A DNA stretch of 64,000 bases from Octopus bimaculoides (lineage: Eukaryota), in the NCBI RefSeq assembly GCF_001194135.2, contig NC_068982.1:175910007-175974006 (forward strand), given 5' to 3'. Below are positions 52,735 to 64,000 of this stretch, piece by piece (the stretch's first letter is position 1; every line of letters starts with the position of its first letter). A model generated the notes under the pieces. The model ran no database searches and was not told the DNA's origin. It worked only from the letters and a program-made list of their open reading frames with translations. A program made the translations under genes and the position numbers.

Positions 52735-52835
52735 CGGAATGTTGTGTTAACAAAAAACAAGATGAGGACAAATATCCGTCAAATGTAAACAATGTAAATA
52801 ATGTACATAATTTCTCGTCTCTTAAATATAGAACT
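52735..52835 (+). mobile_element. Isolated 3' tail of the hammerhead SINE (cf. 22233-22325)
   Basis: GTGTTAAC…CAAGATGAGGACAAATATCCGTCAA…CTTAAATATAGAACT. Confidence 0.85.
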
Positions 52836-52933
52836 ATATTAAACACAGATTTGTTTTACAAGACTAAAGTATATATTAGAATCATAACAAAAGTATTATA
52901 CAATATTGTACAAAATAAAATTTTTTCTTCCCA

Positions 52934-52970
52934 TATAAGAACCGGTTTCGCTATCGCTTTTCAAATTTTG
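52934..52970 (-). ncRNA. Decayed hammerhead-like motif, U3:A8 core, 3' of the GIY-YIG frame
   Basis: UUGAAAA-GC GAUA GC-GAAAC CG GUU; stem I poorly paired. Confidence 0.35.
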
Positions 52971-53107
52971 AGTTTTGAATGAAATTCTGAATTAGACATT
53001 TTGTTTACTAGGCGGGAGGTATTTTTCAGTAAAGGGGAGGTAAATCTGTAATTTTTAATATTGGTCTACATTTGATTCTTATAACAGTTGGAGTAAATCT
53101 TCAATTT

Positions 53108-53431
53108 TCAATATGGCCTTATATTTAATTCCGCTTCATACTTTTCGATAAATGAGGCCTCTTTATTTAGTCGTATTTGCGTTGAGATCCAAATAGCAAA
53201 TTGATATAATGGGAAGATTAGGAATTGTGATTGCAGCTCTTCTGCACATCTGTAAATGTGTTCACTGAGATATATCTGGCGATATTGTGGGGGGTATATT
53301 TGTTGTCTGTGGACTGCACATCTTCGTCTGACAGACGATCCTGTAGACCCTATATAGTTTCTATGGCAGCTCGAGCTTTTGATTAAATAAATGAGGTTTT
53401 CAGAGGTGCCAAAACTTTTAAATTCAAGCCC
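53108..53431 (-). pseudogene. Penelope-like GIY-YIG endonuclease domain, 107 codons still open but with no start codon
   Basis: GLEFKSFGTSENLIYLIKSSSCHRNYIGSTG…RRRCAVHRQQI…YRQIYLSEHI…FLIFPLY…KEASFIEKYEAELN*. Confidence 0.85.
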
Positions 53432-53591
53432 TTAACCAACAAGTTTGTCTTTCGCAATTTGTTAAACATGGAATGTAATGGTCCTACTTTCGAATCTTGC
53501 TCGGCCACTTTTCAAACTCTATTCAAATCATTATGATTTTCTAAATTTATTAAACTCTTACGCTTTTTTAATTTTAAAAATGTGCAGATAT

Positions 53592-53930
53592 AGGCGCAGG
53601 CGTGGGTGAGTGGTAAGAAGTTTTGCTTTCCAACCACAGGGTTCCGCGTTCACTCCTACTGGGTAGCAACTTGGACAAGTGTCTTCTGCTATAGCCTCGG
53701 GCTGACCAAAGCCTTGTGAGTGGATTTGGTCGACAGAAACTGAAAGAAGCCTGTTGTATGTGTGAGTGTGTATCTGTGTTTGTCCCCCATCATCGCTTGA
53801 CAACCGATGTTGGTGTGTTTACGTCCCCGCGACATAGTGGTTCAGCAAAAGAGACTGCTAGAATAAATACTAGGCTTACAAAGAATAAGTCCTGGGGACT
53901 AAAGTTAAATGACTGAAACAAATAAAAGAA
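53592..53930 (+). mobile_element. SINE family C, near full length
   Basis: AGGCGCAGGCGTGGGTGAGTGGTAAG head, CTTGGACAAGTGTC core, GACTGAAACAAATAAAAG tail. Confidence 0.85.
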
Positions 53931-54852
53931 GAAACGAATATATTTTCGAGACATTATGGTTAAATTTGTTGTAATAATAGATTTTGAAGTGTGTGCTGGT
54001 ATAAGGTATAGGTGTAGCTGGAGATTATAAATTTTAAATTTATGTAAAGTTTAAGTTATACGATATTATATAGGATACTTGCAATATGAATACAGCAAGA
54101 AATTGAAAAGTCTTCTGTGGAATAAAGATGGATTAGTAAAGATAATCATAAAAATAAATATGCATGAAACAAGAATTGAGAAGAAAACTATAGATACCGC
54201 AATAACATCAACTTAACTACCACCCTATAGTTTTTAAGGTGATCAAATGACTATATAATGGTATTCATAAAATGTAAGATATTGCAATATAGTCTAGGCG
54301 AAGAAAATCAAAGCCTTCATTAAAATCAATAATGTCAAAAAAATACGCTTGATAATACAGGGAAACAGTGTTAAAAGAACAGCAACCTAAGCTTGGAGAA
54401 TAATGACAAAACGAAGATATGTCCACTTTTGGAGAGCTAGTACGAAAAAGGTACACGAGAAACAAGAAAATATGTATACAAAAATTAAAATATTAAAATA
54501 ACAAAATGAAATCTGCATAATTGCAAATAGATACGTGTAACAGCAAATATGTGTATTCATCAAGAAAATTTCCATTTAAGTGCATGTGTTCAGATATGAC
54601 TACATGTAACTACATAAAAGACATGTAATTAAAAATCAAATCAAAAATAAGGGAACAAAGTTAAGTATAAAGTTAAATATAGAGCAGAAATCCTTAAGCA
54701 TACATCTAACAAATAAATACGCATAAATATACATGAGAAGGGACATGCATGAAAACAACATTAAAGTTATTTAAATGCAAACATGTAAAAATAAATGTAA
54801 TTAAATATGAACATACATAATGATATACAAGTTGTGTGTGTACGGTGTGTCA

Positions 54853-54922
<70 letters not shown>

Positions 54923-55473
54923 ATGTATGTATGTATATATAATACGTGCTACACACACGCATGCGGTCATACATTGTAATTCAAAAGTCTCCTGTCTTTA
55001 GCATTAATACATATCTAATGACAATCGAGTTTCACTGAGGTTAGTTGAGTTACATAAGTATCGTCTCCACCTCTCTATCACTATCTCCGTCTCCCACCCC
55101 TCCTCACCTTGCTTCACTTATCTCCCCATTGCATTCATTAATCCGTATGACTTCGGTTCCCTTGTAGATTACCAGGGATTAGAGATTCCAGAATCGCTGA
55201 TCAACCGTCCCTGTCGTTTATCTGCAAGCCGCACGAGCAGTTAATGTAGGTTAATTAAAGAGGCCTACCATTATCTTGCGCGATTTTAGGAGAATAAATA
55301 TTGTTTCATCCACTGAAAATGATATATTTCCATGACATATAAAATAGTATGTATGCCAATAGATATTTACAGCAAAATAACAAAGATAATATAAAGAATA
55401 TATATAACATCAAAATTTTAAGGGAATAAGTACTTTATGCATCTTTTAAATGCTAAATGCATTTCTGAATTAC

Positions 55474-55596
<123 letters not shown>

Positions 55597-55624
55597 CTGT
55601 AAAAATATGTGACAATTATTCGGT

Positions 55625-55696
55625 AGCCATGATAAAACTCCGAGTTTCGGATGCCGGGGCGGAAACTCAGGCCGCCATCTCTTCAGTTTTCTGGCC
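55625..55696 (-). ncRNA. Putative minimal type-I hammerhead ribozyme in a ~230-bp element (about 55597-55830)
   Basis: GGCCAGAAAA-CUGAAGA-GAUG…CAUC-C-GAAAC UC G GA GUU^UUAUCAUGGCU; stem III ACUC/GAGU with a 1-nt loop; stem I has one mismatch and one bulge. Confidence 0.6.
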
Positions 55697-56328
55697 ATTG
55701 AAAATTGCTATGAAAATGGCCGTTAAACAAAGGGAAATTACTGTGGTTGACCGTTTGAGCTTCAGGCTCTGAGATAAAAGGAAAACGACCAAATTATCCA
55801 GTCATATATGGTCCTCAAAAGATAAAGGTGTCAGTTATCCGAGAACTGGTCTTATGCCTGTGTATGCCTGCTTGTATGTGTGTAAGCAGATGAGTGCTTG
55901 TTTAGAAGAGGAGGTAAGCGTGAGAGTAAACGAAAAGTTTATGTGTGTGTGTCTGCGCACGTGCACGTGCGTGCCGTTGTGCATGTGGATCCCACGTGAC
56001 TGCTTCTATGCGTGTGCGTGTGTGCAGTCACCATCCATGATCTGTTAAATGATTCGGCCTTTTGAGCTAGGTCAGTTCAGTCTCAGATCTGCTGAAGATT
56101 TATGAGTGTGTGTGTGTATGTGTGTGTGTGTGAGTGTGTGTGTGTAAGTCGTGGTAAGTGTGTGTGTGTAAGTCGTGGTAAGTGTGTGTGTGTGTGTGAG
56201 CATGTATTTGCCCGCACGCGTATGAGTGTGCGGTCCGGTGTGCGTGTTCATGTGGCTGAGTCGGTTGTGGGTGTATACGTTCGTATGTGTGAATGTGTGA
56301 ATGTATTCCAGCATGTGAGCGTGCGTGC

Positions 56329-56414
<86 letters not shown>

Positions 56415-57487
56415 ATGTGTGTCTGCTTGAACGTGTGGTGTGGTGGATTTTTTGAATAGATAAGCATCGATGTGTATGTTCGTGGGTGTGCGTACGTGCT
56501 CCTACGTACCTATGTGAGCACACTTTTGTACGCGTGTGCCTATGCATATCTGTGAGTATCTATGCGTACGTGTACATGCATGGTGTGTGTGTCCTTGTGT
56601 TCCCCTGTGTATATGTGTATTTATGCATGCGTGCGTGTGCGTGTCCGTCCATTCGTGCGCGTGGATTTGTATGATTGTGTATAGGAACTGTTTATAGCTA
56701 TATGTATTTATTCGTGTTAATTCCCTTGTATTCTTCTGTCATTTTCCCTACCTCATCTATACCTACCCATGTCTACATGTGTGCAAACACGCGTGCGTGG
56801 ATGTGTAAGGATGTGTTGTGGAATTGTACATATTTACATGTATTTATTTGCATGGGTTTACATGTATTCCGCTGTCGTTCTAATCCTACCCTTAACATAC
56901 CTGCCTATACCACTACATACCTGCCTACCTATCTATACGGGTGCACCCATGTGTGCAGATTGCATGGACGGTTAACCGGCGTTGAATTTCTACTACCTAC
57001 TATATATATATTCTATTCAGTATTGGTAATCTTTATGAGGACATTCTTACGTATTTGTCTAAGCGATAAGTCTCTTGGGTATTTAGACACAATATCGATG
57101 TTAATTCGGCATAGCATGCTTCCATATTGGTCTCTGGCATGCTGATAGAATATAGATGACTGTTTCCTGTCATTATACTCCTGCCAGTGTTTATTAGCAC
57201 ACGCGCACGCGCACCCCCCCCCCCACACACACGCACACACAATCATATTTGATATGTACGAGTACTCTCAGACGTGAGAAGACCTTTCACTGCGGAAACA
57301 ATCCTGGTAGAAAATTCTGCTCATAGACAGTATATCTGAAAACATCCTTGTGCTATGGATGACATCATCGGACCGTAGGCCATAGGCATTTCAGCGTCCT
57401 TACGCTTCCTCATTTATGAATACCGAATCCAGTCATTCATGGCCCACTAAGAAGAGATGCTCGCGTATATAAAAGCAGAAAATAGTA

Positions 57488-57692
57488 CATTAGCTGACGC
57501 GCGCAAAGCCTGGTCAAGCTGGAATTAATTAACTAGCCTTGTACGTAGCTGGTGAAGCACAACGATGCAGAAACGCTTGCGTCCTACGTTCGAATGACAT
57601 CATTCATAGCCCGACGATGCGTATACAACGCTGTTTCTTGTGACTAGTTAATTCATTTCAGTCTGACTAAGCTTAGCGCAGATCAGCAAATG
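57488..57692. mobile_element. 205-bp element with ~49-bp imperfect TIRs, flanked by TA
   Basis: TA|CATTAGCTGA…AATTAACTAG (57488-57536) vs CTAGTTAATT…TCAGCAAATG|TA (57644-57692); 38/49 positions match. Confidence 0.8.
57543..57589 (+). ncRNA. Putative minimal type-I hammerhead ribozyme (A6 to G) inside the TIR element
   Basis: ACGUAG-CUGGUGA-A-GCA CAACGA UGC-A-GAAAC GC UU GC GUC^CUACGU; perfect 6-bp stem I, 4-bp stem III, GUC triplet. Confidence 0.65.
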
Positions 57693-60600
57693 TACACAAA
57701 TGTAAGATCAACCGTTCCTAGAGGGCTATGAATGACAAATAAATGGTAACGGCGCATAAAACGTATGCGTTCTAAAGTCCAATAACGTCATTCTTAGTTC
57801 TATGATGTATTTTCACATATATTGTCTATAAGGGAAATTACATCTCAAAACCGCTTCCACAGCAAAAGGAAATTTCACGTCCGAATATACAACATGAACG
57901 TGTAAAATATGATAGCACACACACCTATATTTCATTCAACGCTGTTTTGTGTATCCTTAGTTTATATATATATATATATNNNNNNNNNNNNNNNNNNNNN
58001 NNNNNNNNNNNNNNNNNNNNNNNNNNNNNNNNNNNNNNNNNNNNNNNNNNNNATATATAAAATGAAAACAATGTTGACGTACATTCTCTGAGTCTTGTTT
58101 TGCTGCACATTTACAGCCTAATTACTATCAGCTCTAACAATGCCCGATCCTATTCGTATGAAAGCACTCTTCTATCTTCTTTCATCCTCTGCACTCATAT
58201 GTCATACACAAGCAAGCAACTTATACACTTGTTACAAAACATGCCCTGATGCTTTGAAGAGAACCCTTTAAAATGTTCCCCACTGAGGTTCAAGTCGACC
58301 TTGTTTTCTTCATCATAGAAAATACACACTCACTACATTTATCAAGAAAGATATATTACACTCTCCAACAAATATGAGCAATATGCGATTAGATCCGTCA
58401 ACATTTATGGATGCTTAATTCACTAGTGCTAATAATCTTGCCTGGCGATTTCACTTTAACTAACACAGGTCTTGTTTATAGTCAAAAAATATTTCAGTTC
58501 CCAACAATTACTAACCCTAAACAAAGCTCTAGTGAAATCCACAAAGCAACTATCGCTTCTACATATTTGATTTTTTTCTTTTTTGCTGTTACAGATATAG
58601 GCACACCAGAGAATTTTCGAAGAATGATCACCGAATTGATTGGCATGAAATCGCTGGCTAATACACCCCGGCCTTTCACCCACATACGTACAGAGTTTCC
58701 ACTCGATCTCTTCTACTGTTACTACAGTGTCTCTCTCCTTCAGAGCTGACTGCTCATTTATCGCCTCTGCTCAGGCTTCCTACTTATTACGTCACTTATA
58801 TTGTGCCAACTCCAATGTCTCCCACTAACCACTTCACCCTCTCATCTCCATGCAGAAAGTACACCCTCTGAATTCTCATGTTTTCCTAGCATCTATCAGC
58901 GTTTCTTTTTCTTCTTTTCTTCTTTCTGACTGGGGAAGAGTAGCGCCTTACACCCTTAACAGAGCCTGCTCGACAACCGGAAGGAAGTTATAACCTGATC
59001 AGTGACTTAATCCGAATTTTTGCAGCAGACTGGACTCCGCTAAAGATACCCAAAAATCGTGCGGTGGTGTTAAAGCGGGCGACAGATTAAGTCTACAATC
59101 TCATACTTGCAGCTGTTCAAAAGCAATATTATCCGCGTCTGTATCACCATTTGCAAGAATGTCTCACCATTTGCATGGCTTGCAAAAGGCTATGGCTGCA
59201 ATTCCTTCCTCTGGACAAGGTACTTACAAAATTATATTGAACACGTCCTTCATACTTCAAGGAATTAAAGAGTATCAAAAGTCAGATATCACTAAATAAA
59301 TTATTTAGTGTATAACAATTCTGCAATAAACAGATCATTTGTTGATAAAATTTGAAAATAAATAAGTAAATAAATGCAATAAAATAAAAGAGATAGTTTT
59401 GTACCTTGCGGTGAATGGACGCCATTTTGTTGTTTGCATTATCGACTACTTTAGCTTGTGATTGATCCAATTAAATACTTCTTCGCTTGCTTGACCCTAA
59501 TTAATTTCAATGAGTAATTCAGTTTTTGAAAGTCATTGTCGGAGCGTATGAATCAGGTTGAAATTGGTAATTGAAGAATATCATAGGGAATCAAAAAAAC
59601 AACTTGGTCAAACGAGTGGTGAACTGATTACACACACACATGAGTAAAAAAAAATTGTTAGGTGGCGCATAAGTAAATCATAAATAAACAAATTATTTTT
59701 GTTCTGTTATATAATCTAAATATGTGTAACATAGCCACAAAACCTTGTTACTGATAATTTATAGAATTCTCGTAATATATCGCAAATTGTGTTAATGAAT
59801 TGCTCTGACTAATTGCATAAGCGTTTCAATCACTGAGACAGTGCAATTGAGATAATCTAATTTATACAAAGGTGCGAACAACCCAACCCCCTAAAAGTAT
59901 CGATGAAGAAACATAGAAAAGCCGATAATCCATGAGGAGACAGAAAAATCAGGCATGGTTAATCATCTGTGAGGAAAATTGAAGTCATCACGCATCATGG
60001 AAGAAACATTGGAACATGTGTGTGTGTGTGAGCAAATATCACATTTATATATATAAGGATAAGGGATTGATAAACTGCTTTTAGCCAACCGTAATTATGC
60101 AGCTACAACATTCTTGCTTTTAGATGCAGCTGAAGTGTGGCTTTTCGGCTTCTAGTCAACCTTGAGCACTAATTCTACGTACATATTACTGTTTCTTTTT
60201 TTTTTTTATCTGACTTGGTATTACTTGAATTCCACACACACACACTAACACACAAGCGCACGCGCATGCGTGTGTAACATGAACTGCACGTACACATTTA
60301 AATCGGAAACATTTAAATCGAACAGACAGATACACACCTTACAAATATATGGCCATAGATTTAGTGTCGACACATACATCTATAGTCAGTCGGACGTCTA
60401 CGCTTACACACAGAGAACAAACAGACGTTTCACGCACAGAGATCCGTAAATCAATTATGTATGTATGTTCACAGTGAAAAGCCTCGTCTAAACTAACACA
60501 AACACAATATACAGACTAAACACTCACGCATATACATATACACCAAATAGAAGCTTAACCCCCCCCCCCCTAGACTAAACTCTCTCACACACACCGTATG

Positions 60601-61339
60601 TAGAATAAATATATATAACACGTGGATTAAACACATACACACACAGAAATACACACCATATAGACTAAACACACGCACATACCGAATAGAGACAAAACAT
60701 TCACCAAACATAGAACACACAGACACAAACACATACAAATACACTACACATTGATTAATCATACACATATATGCACCGAATACGTACCAGACGATAACAT
60801 GTTTGCACGCAGACACATACATACACTCTTTGAATGCATCCATACTGACACCAAATATCGACTAAACACACTCATACAAACGTTTAACTGAAACTAAACG
60901 TACCGGATACAACTAAACACCCTCAAACTCAAAAACAACTTAAATACACAGTGAGGCTATAAAACATTCATGGCTACATGGCGAATATAAAGAAACAAGA
61001 CATATTCATAAATACACACACCAAACACAAATTAAACTCATACGGAATTACATATACAGAGCATAGATTAAATTCACGCACACATACACACACACAGTTA
61101 CGAGGTCTCCCTTTCGCTATCAGCAATACGCCCGAGGCGAACACACATACACAGCTACGTCACACACGCAGATACAGTGCACGCGTGTAGCATACAGCGA
61201 ACACACAAACAAGCATCAGTGTTGAGAAGTATCTCACCTTGACCTTGTAACGTTCAACGCGACCGACTTTATATGTCCCTATTTTTGCTGTGACACTATA
61301 GGTGTGTGCGCGAGTGTATGCATATGTGAATGCGTTGGT

Positions 61340-61403
<64 letters not shown>

Positions 61404-61640
61404 NNNNNNNNNNNNNNNNNNNNNNNNNNNNNNNNNNNNNNNNNNNNNNNNNNNNNNNNNNNNNNNNNNNNNNNNNNNNNNNNNNNNNNNNNNNNNNNNN
61501 NNNNNNNNNNNNNNNNNNNNNNNNNNNNNNNNNNNNNNNNNNNNNNNNNNNNNNNNNNNNNNNNNNNNNNNNNNNNNNNNNNNNNNNNNNNNNNNNNNNN
61601 NNNNNNNNNNNNTATATATATATATATACATACACACATG

Positions 61641-61708
<68 letters not shown>

Positions 61709-61994
61709 AGCACACCCTGTATATACTTACTCCATCGCTCTCTTTTACCGAACCGCTAAGTTACAGATATAAACTCACCAATACCGGCTGTCAAATAGTG
61801 GTGGGGAATAAGCACAGACACAAAGGCACACACACATGCATACAACGGGATTCTTTCAGTTTCCCACTCACAAAGGCTTTGGTCGGTCCGAGGCAATAAC
61901 AGAAGATACTGGCTAAAGGTACCACGCAATGGGAATGAACACGAAATTATGTAGCTGGAAAGCAAGCTCCTTACCACACAGCCATGCCTACGCT

Positions 61995-62049
<55 letters not shown>

Positions 62050-62050
62050 G
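61995..62050. repeat. (CTAT)n microsatellite
   Basis: Read directly. Confidence 0.95.
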
Positions 62051-62625
62051 TTGTCTGTCTGTCTGTTTGTTTTCTGTTTGTCTGTCTATCTATTAATACA
62101 CACAAAGTCAACACCTCTGCCGCCAACTTCAATATTCCCAACGCCACTTGATTGACCACTACAATTACTGTAACCACGACCGCCACCGATGACCACAACT
62201 TTCTTTTCATCTTTCCGTCAAGAGGGAAGAATCTCCGAGACAGGAGGGAAGATGATATCCCCAAACCAGAAACCTGTTCTGGATGTTAGTATGTGTTTAG
62301 ACTCCATAAAAGGTAGCCAAGGTACCTAGGGGGCAGTGGTGTTAAACCGAGTGGCAAGTTTAGTCTAACCCCAGCAAATAAGATATAGCGGGATTTGAAC
62401 TGAGAACGCAAAGAGGTAGAAAAAAATACTGCAAGGCATTTAGTCCGAGTTTTTCAAGTTCCATTAATTCGCCGCCCCGGATTGATACTCATTTTTATTG
62501 ACTCCCAAAGGATGAAAGACAAAGTTAACCTCAGCAGGATTTGAACTCAAAACGCCGAGAACTGGAACAAATTCTGCAAAGAATTCAGTCTGACGCTCTA
62601 ACGACTTCGCTAATTCGTTTCCTCA

Positions 62626-63012
62626 TTGTTGTTGTTGGCACTCCGTCGCTTGCGACGATGAGGGTTCTAGTTGATCCGATCAACGGAACAGCCTGCTCGT
62701 GAAATTAACGTGCAAGTGGCTGAGCACTCCACAGACACGTGTACCCTTAACGGAGTTCTCGGAGATATTCAGCGTGACACAGTGTGATAAGGCTGGCCCC
62801 TTTGAATTACAGGCACAACAGAAACAAGAAGTAAGAGTGAGAGAAAGTTGTGGTGGAAGAATACAGCAGGGTTCACCACCATCCCCTGCCGGAGCCTCGT
62901 GGAGTTTAAGTGTTTTCGCTCAATAAACACTCACAACGCCCGGTCTGGGATTCGAAACTGCGATCCTATGACCGCGAGTCCGCTGCCCTAACCACTGGGC
63001 CATTGCGCCTCC
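62626..63012 (-). mobile_element. SINE family B, full length, next to SINE A remnants
   Basis: Homologous to 6524-6902, with the complete tRNA-like head. Confidence 0.9.
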
Positions 63013-63129
63013 TATCGAGCAGCACTAATTTGGGACTAAACAACAATAATCATCACCATCATTTTCAACAACAACCATGAGCTAACGAAGAAGTTGATTC
63101 ATCTTCAAGAAACTGCAATCACAACTTAT

Positions 63130-63570
63130 AGTATACTGGCTAACTTTAAAAACGTCTAATATTAATACACCAGAGAATAAGGCAGAATGGTCAATGCTAG
63201 AATGCCACTCGAAGGATAAATTCTCGACATGAAGACATATTTCTTTCAAAACACGCAAACGCTATCAGAAAATGACAGTGATATAAAAGTTTGCACAAAT
63301 GTGTTATATAATGTCTGCCGAATGCTCACATAATCATCACCGAACAAGAGGAAAAATAACAAGTTTATCTTAAACCAACGTCATTAAAAACACCATTTTT
63401 GAACTAAAACGATGTAATAACACCCGACGTTCCCATCGTAATAATTCGGAAAACGTTATTACTAAGAAATAAGAGAACTTTCAATATTCAAAATTATACT
63501 CAAATCAAACTAGACAGACCTTTACTCAATGGAAGTGGTCTAACAACATGAATAAGAAAAGAGCATTAAA
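63130..63570 (+). mobile_element. Possible third REL-type non-LTR fragment (RT N-terminal domains)
   Basis: TPENKAEW and KTLLLRNKRTFNIQNYTQI loosely resemble HNxxAxW and GRTxLLPK…NYRPI. Confidence 0.4.
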
Positions 63571-63930
63571 TATATGTTACTTTCGTTACAAAACTACAGT
63601 AGAAATGCTGGCTTTAAAAAGATATAGTCATGAAGTACATACATGAATATAATAAACAAATATATACTACCACTGACCTTAACAAAATGTTTAGATCATA
63701 AAAGAGGTAAATTTACAGTGTCACCAAACAACAGGAAAAATAACAACCGAAGCGATCCACATGAATGCAACCTCTTCGCCAGTCATCGCAAAAAAATAGA
63801 ATCACAGTTTTCAGAATTTATAGCTGCTTGGTTAAGAATTGCTTCGAAACAACATGAATTCGGGTTTAGTTACCCGCTCTGTGCCGCAAATATGTATGTA
63901 TATGTGCATGTTTGTATATGTGCACGCGCG

Positions 63931-64000
<70 letters not shown>

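Noticed and set aside
59026-59219. Exon-like segment with AG/GT boundaries
   Set aside because: It begins inside the 106-bp repeat, and the peptide is not recognisable

Overview
AT-rich, gapped eukaryotic scaffold with many N runs and very dense (CA)n/(TA)n/(GATA)n/(TATG)n microsatellites. Its SINE repertoire looks like a coleoid cephalopod, probably Octopus; this is an inference from repeat content. I found no host protein-coding gene I can support, and nearly all ORF-track entries are microsatellite, gap or repeat artefacts. The window is a transposon graveyard. It holds three abundant tRNA-derived SINE families and hAT-type MITEs with 8-bp TSDs. DNA transposons are a near-full-length DD37D (maT) Tc1/mariner transposase and a mariner end. 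Decayed non-LTR elements are two clear plus one possible REL-endonuclease copies, two Tx1/L1 copies, CR1 and RTE fragments. There are also Penelope-like RT and GIY-YIG remnants. The most striking hand-read signal is a set of minimal type-I hammerhead ribozyme (HHR) folds, each with a palindromic stem III, in five different settings. (1) Both arms of a 586-bp TA-flanked foldback, using a compensatory U3:A8 core. (2) The tail of a tRNA-headed SINE. (3) The interior of a 205-bp TA-flanked element with ~49-bp TIRs. (4) A ~230-bp element beside a microsatellite. (5) A decayed copy 3' of the Penelope-like GIY-YIG frame. Cleavage activity and novelty are untested. Coordinates of decayed repeats are approximate.
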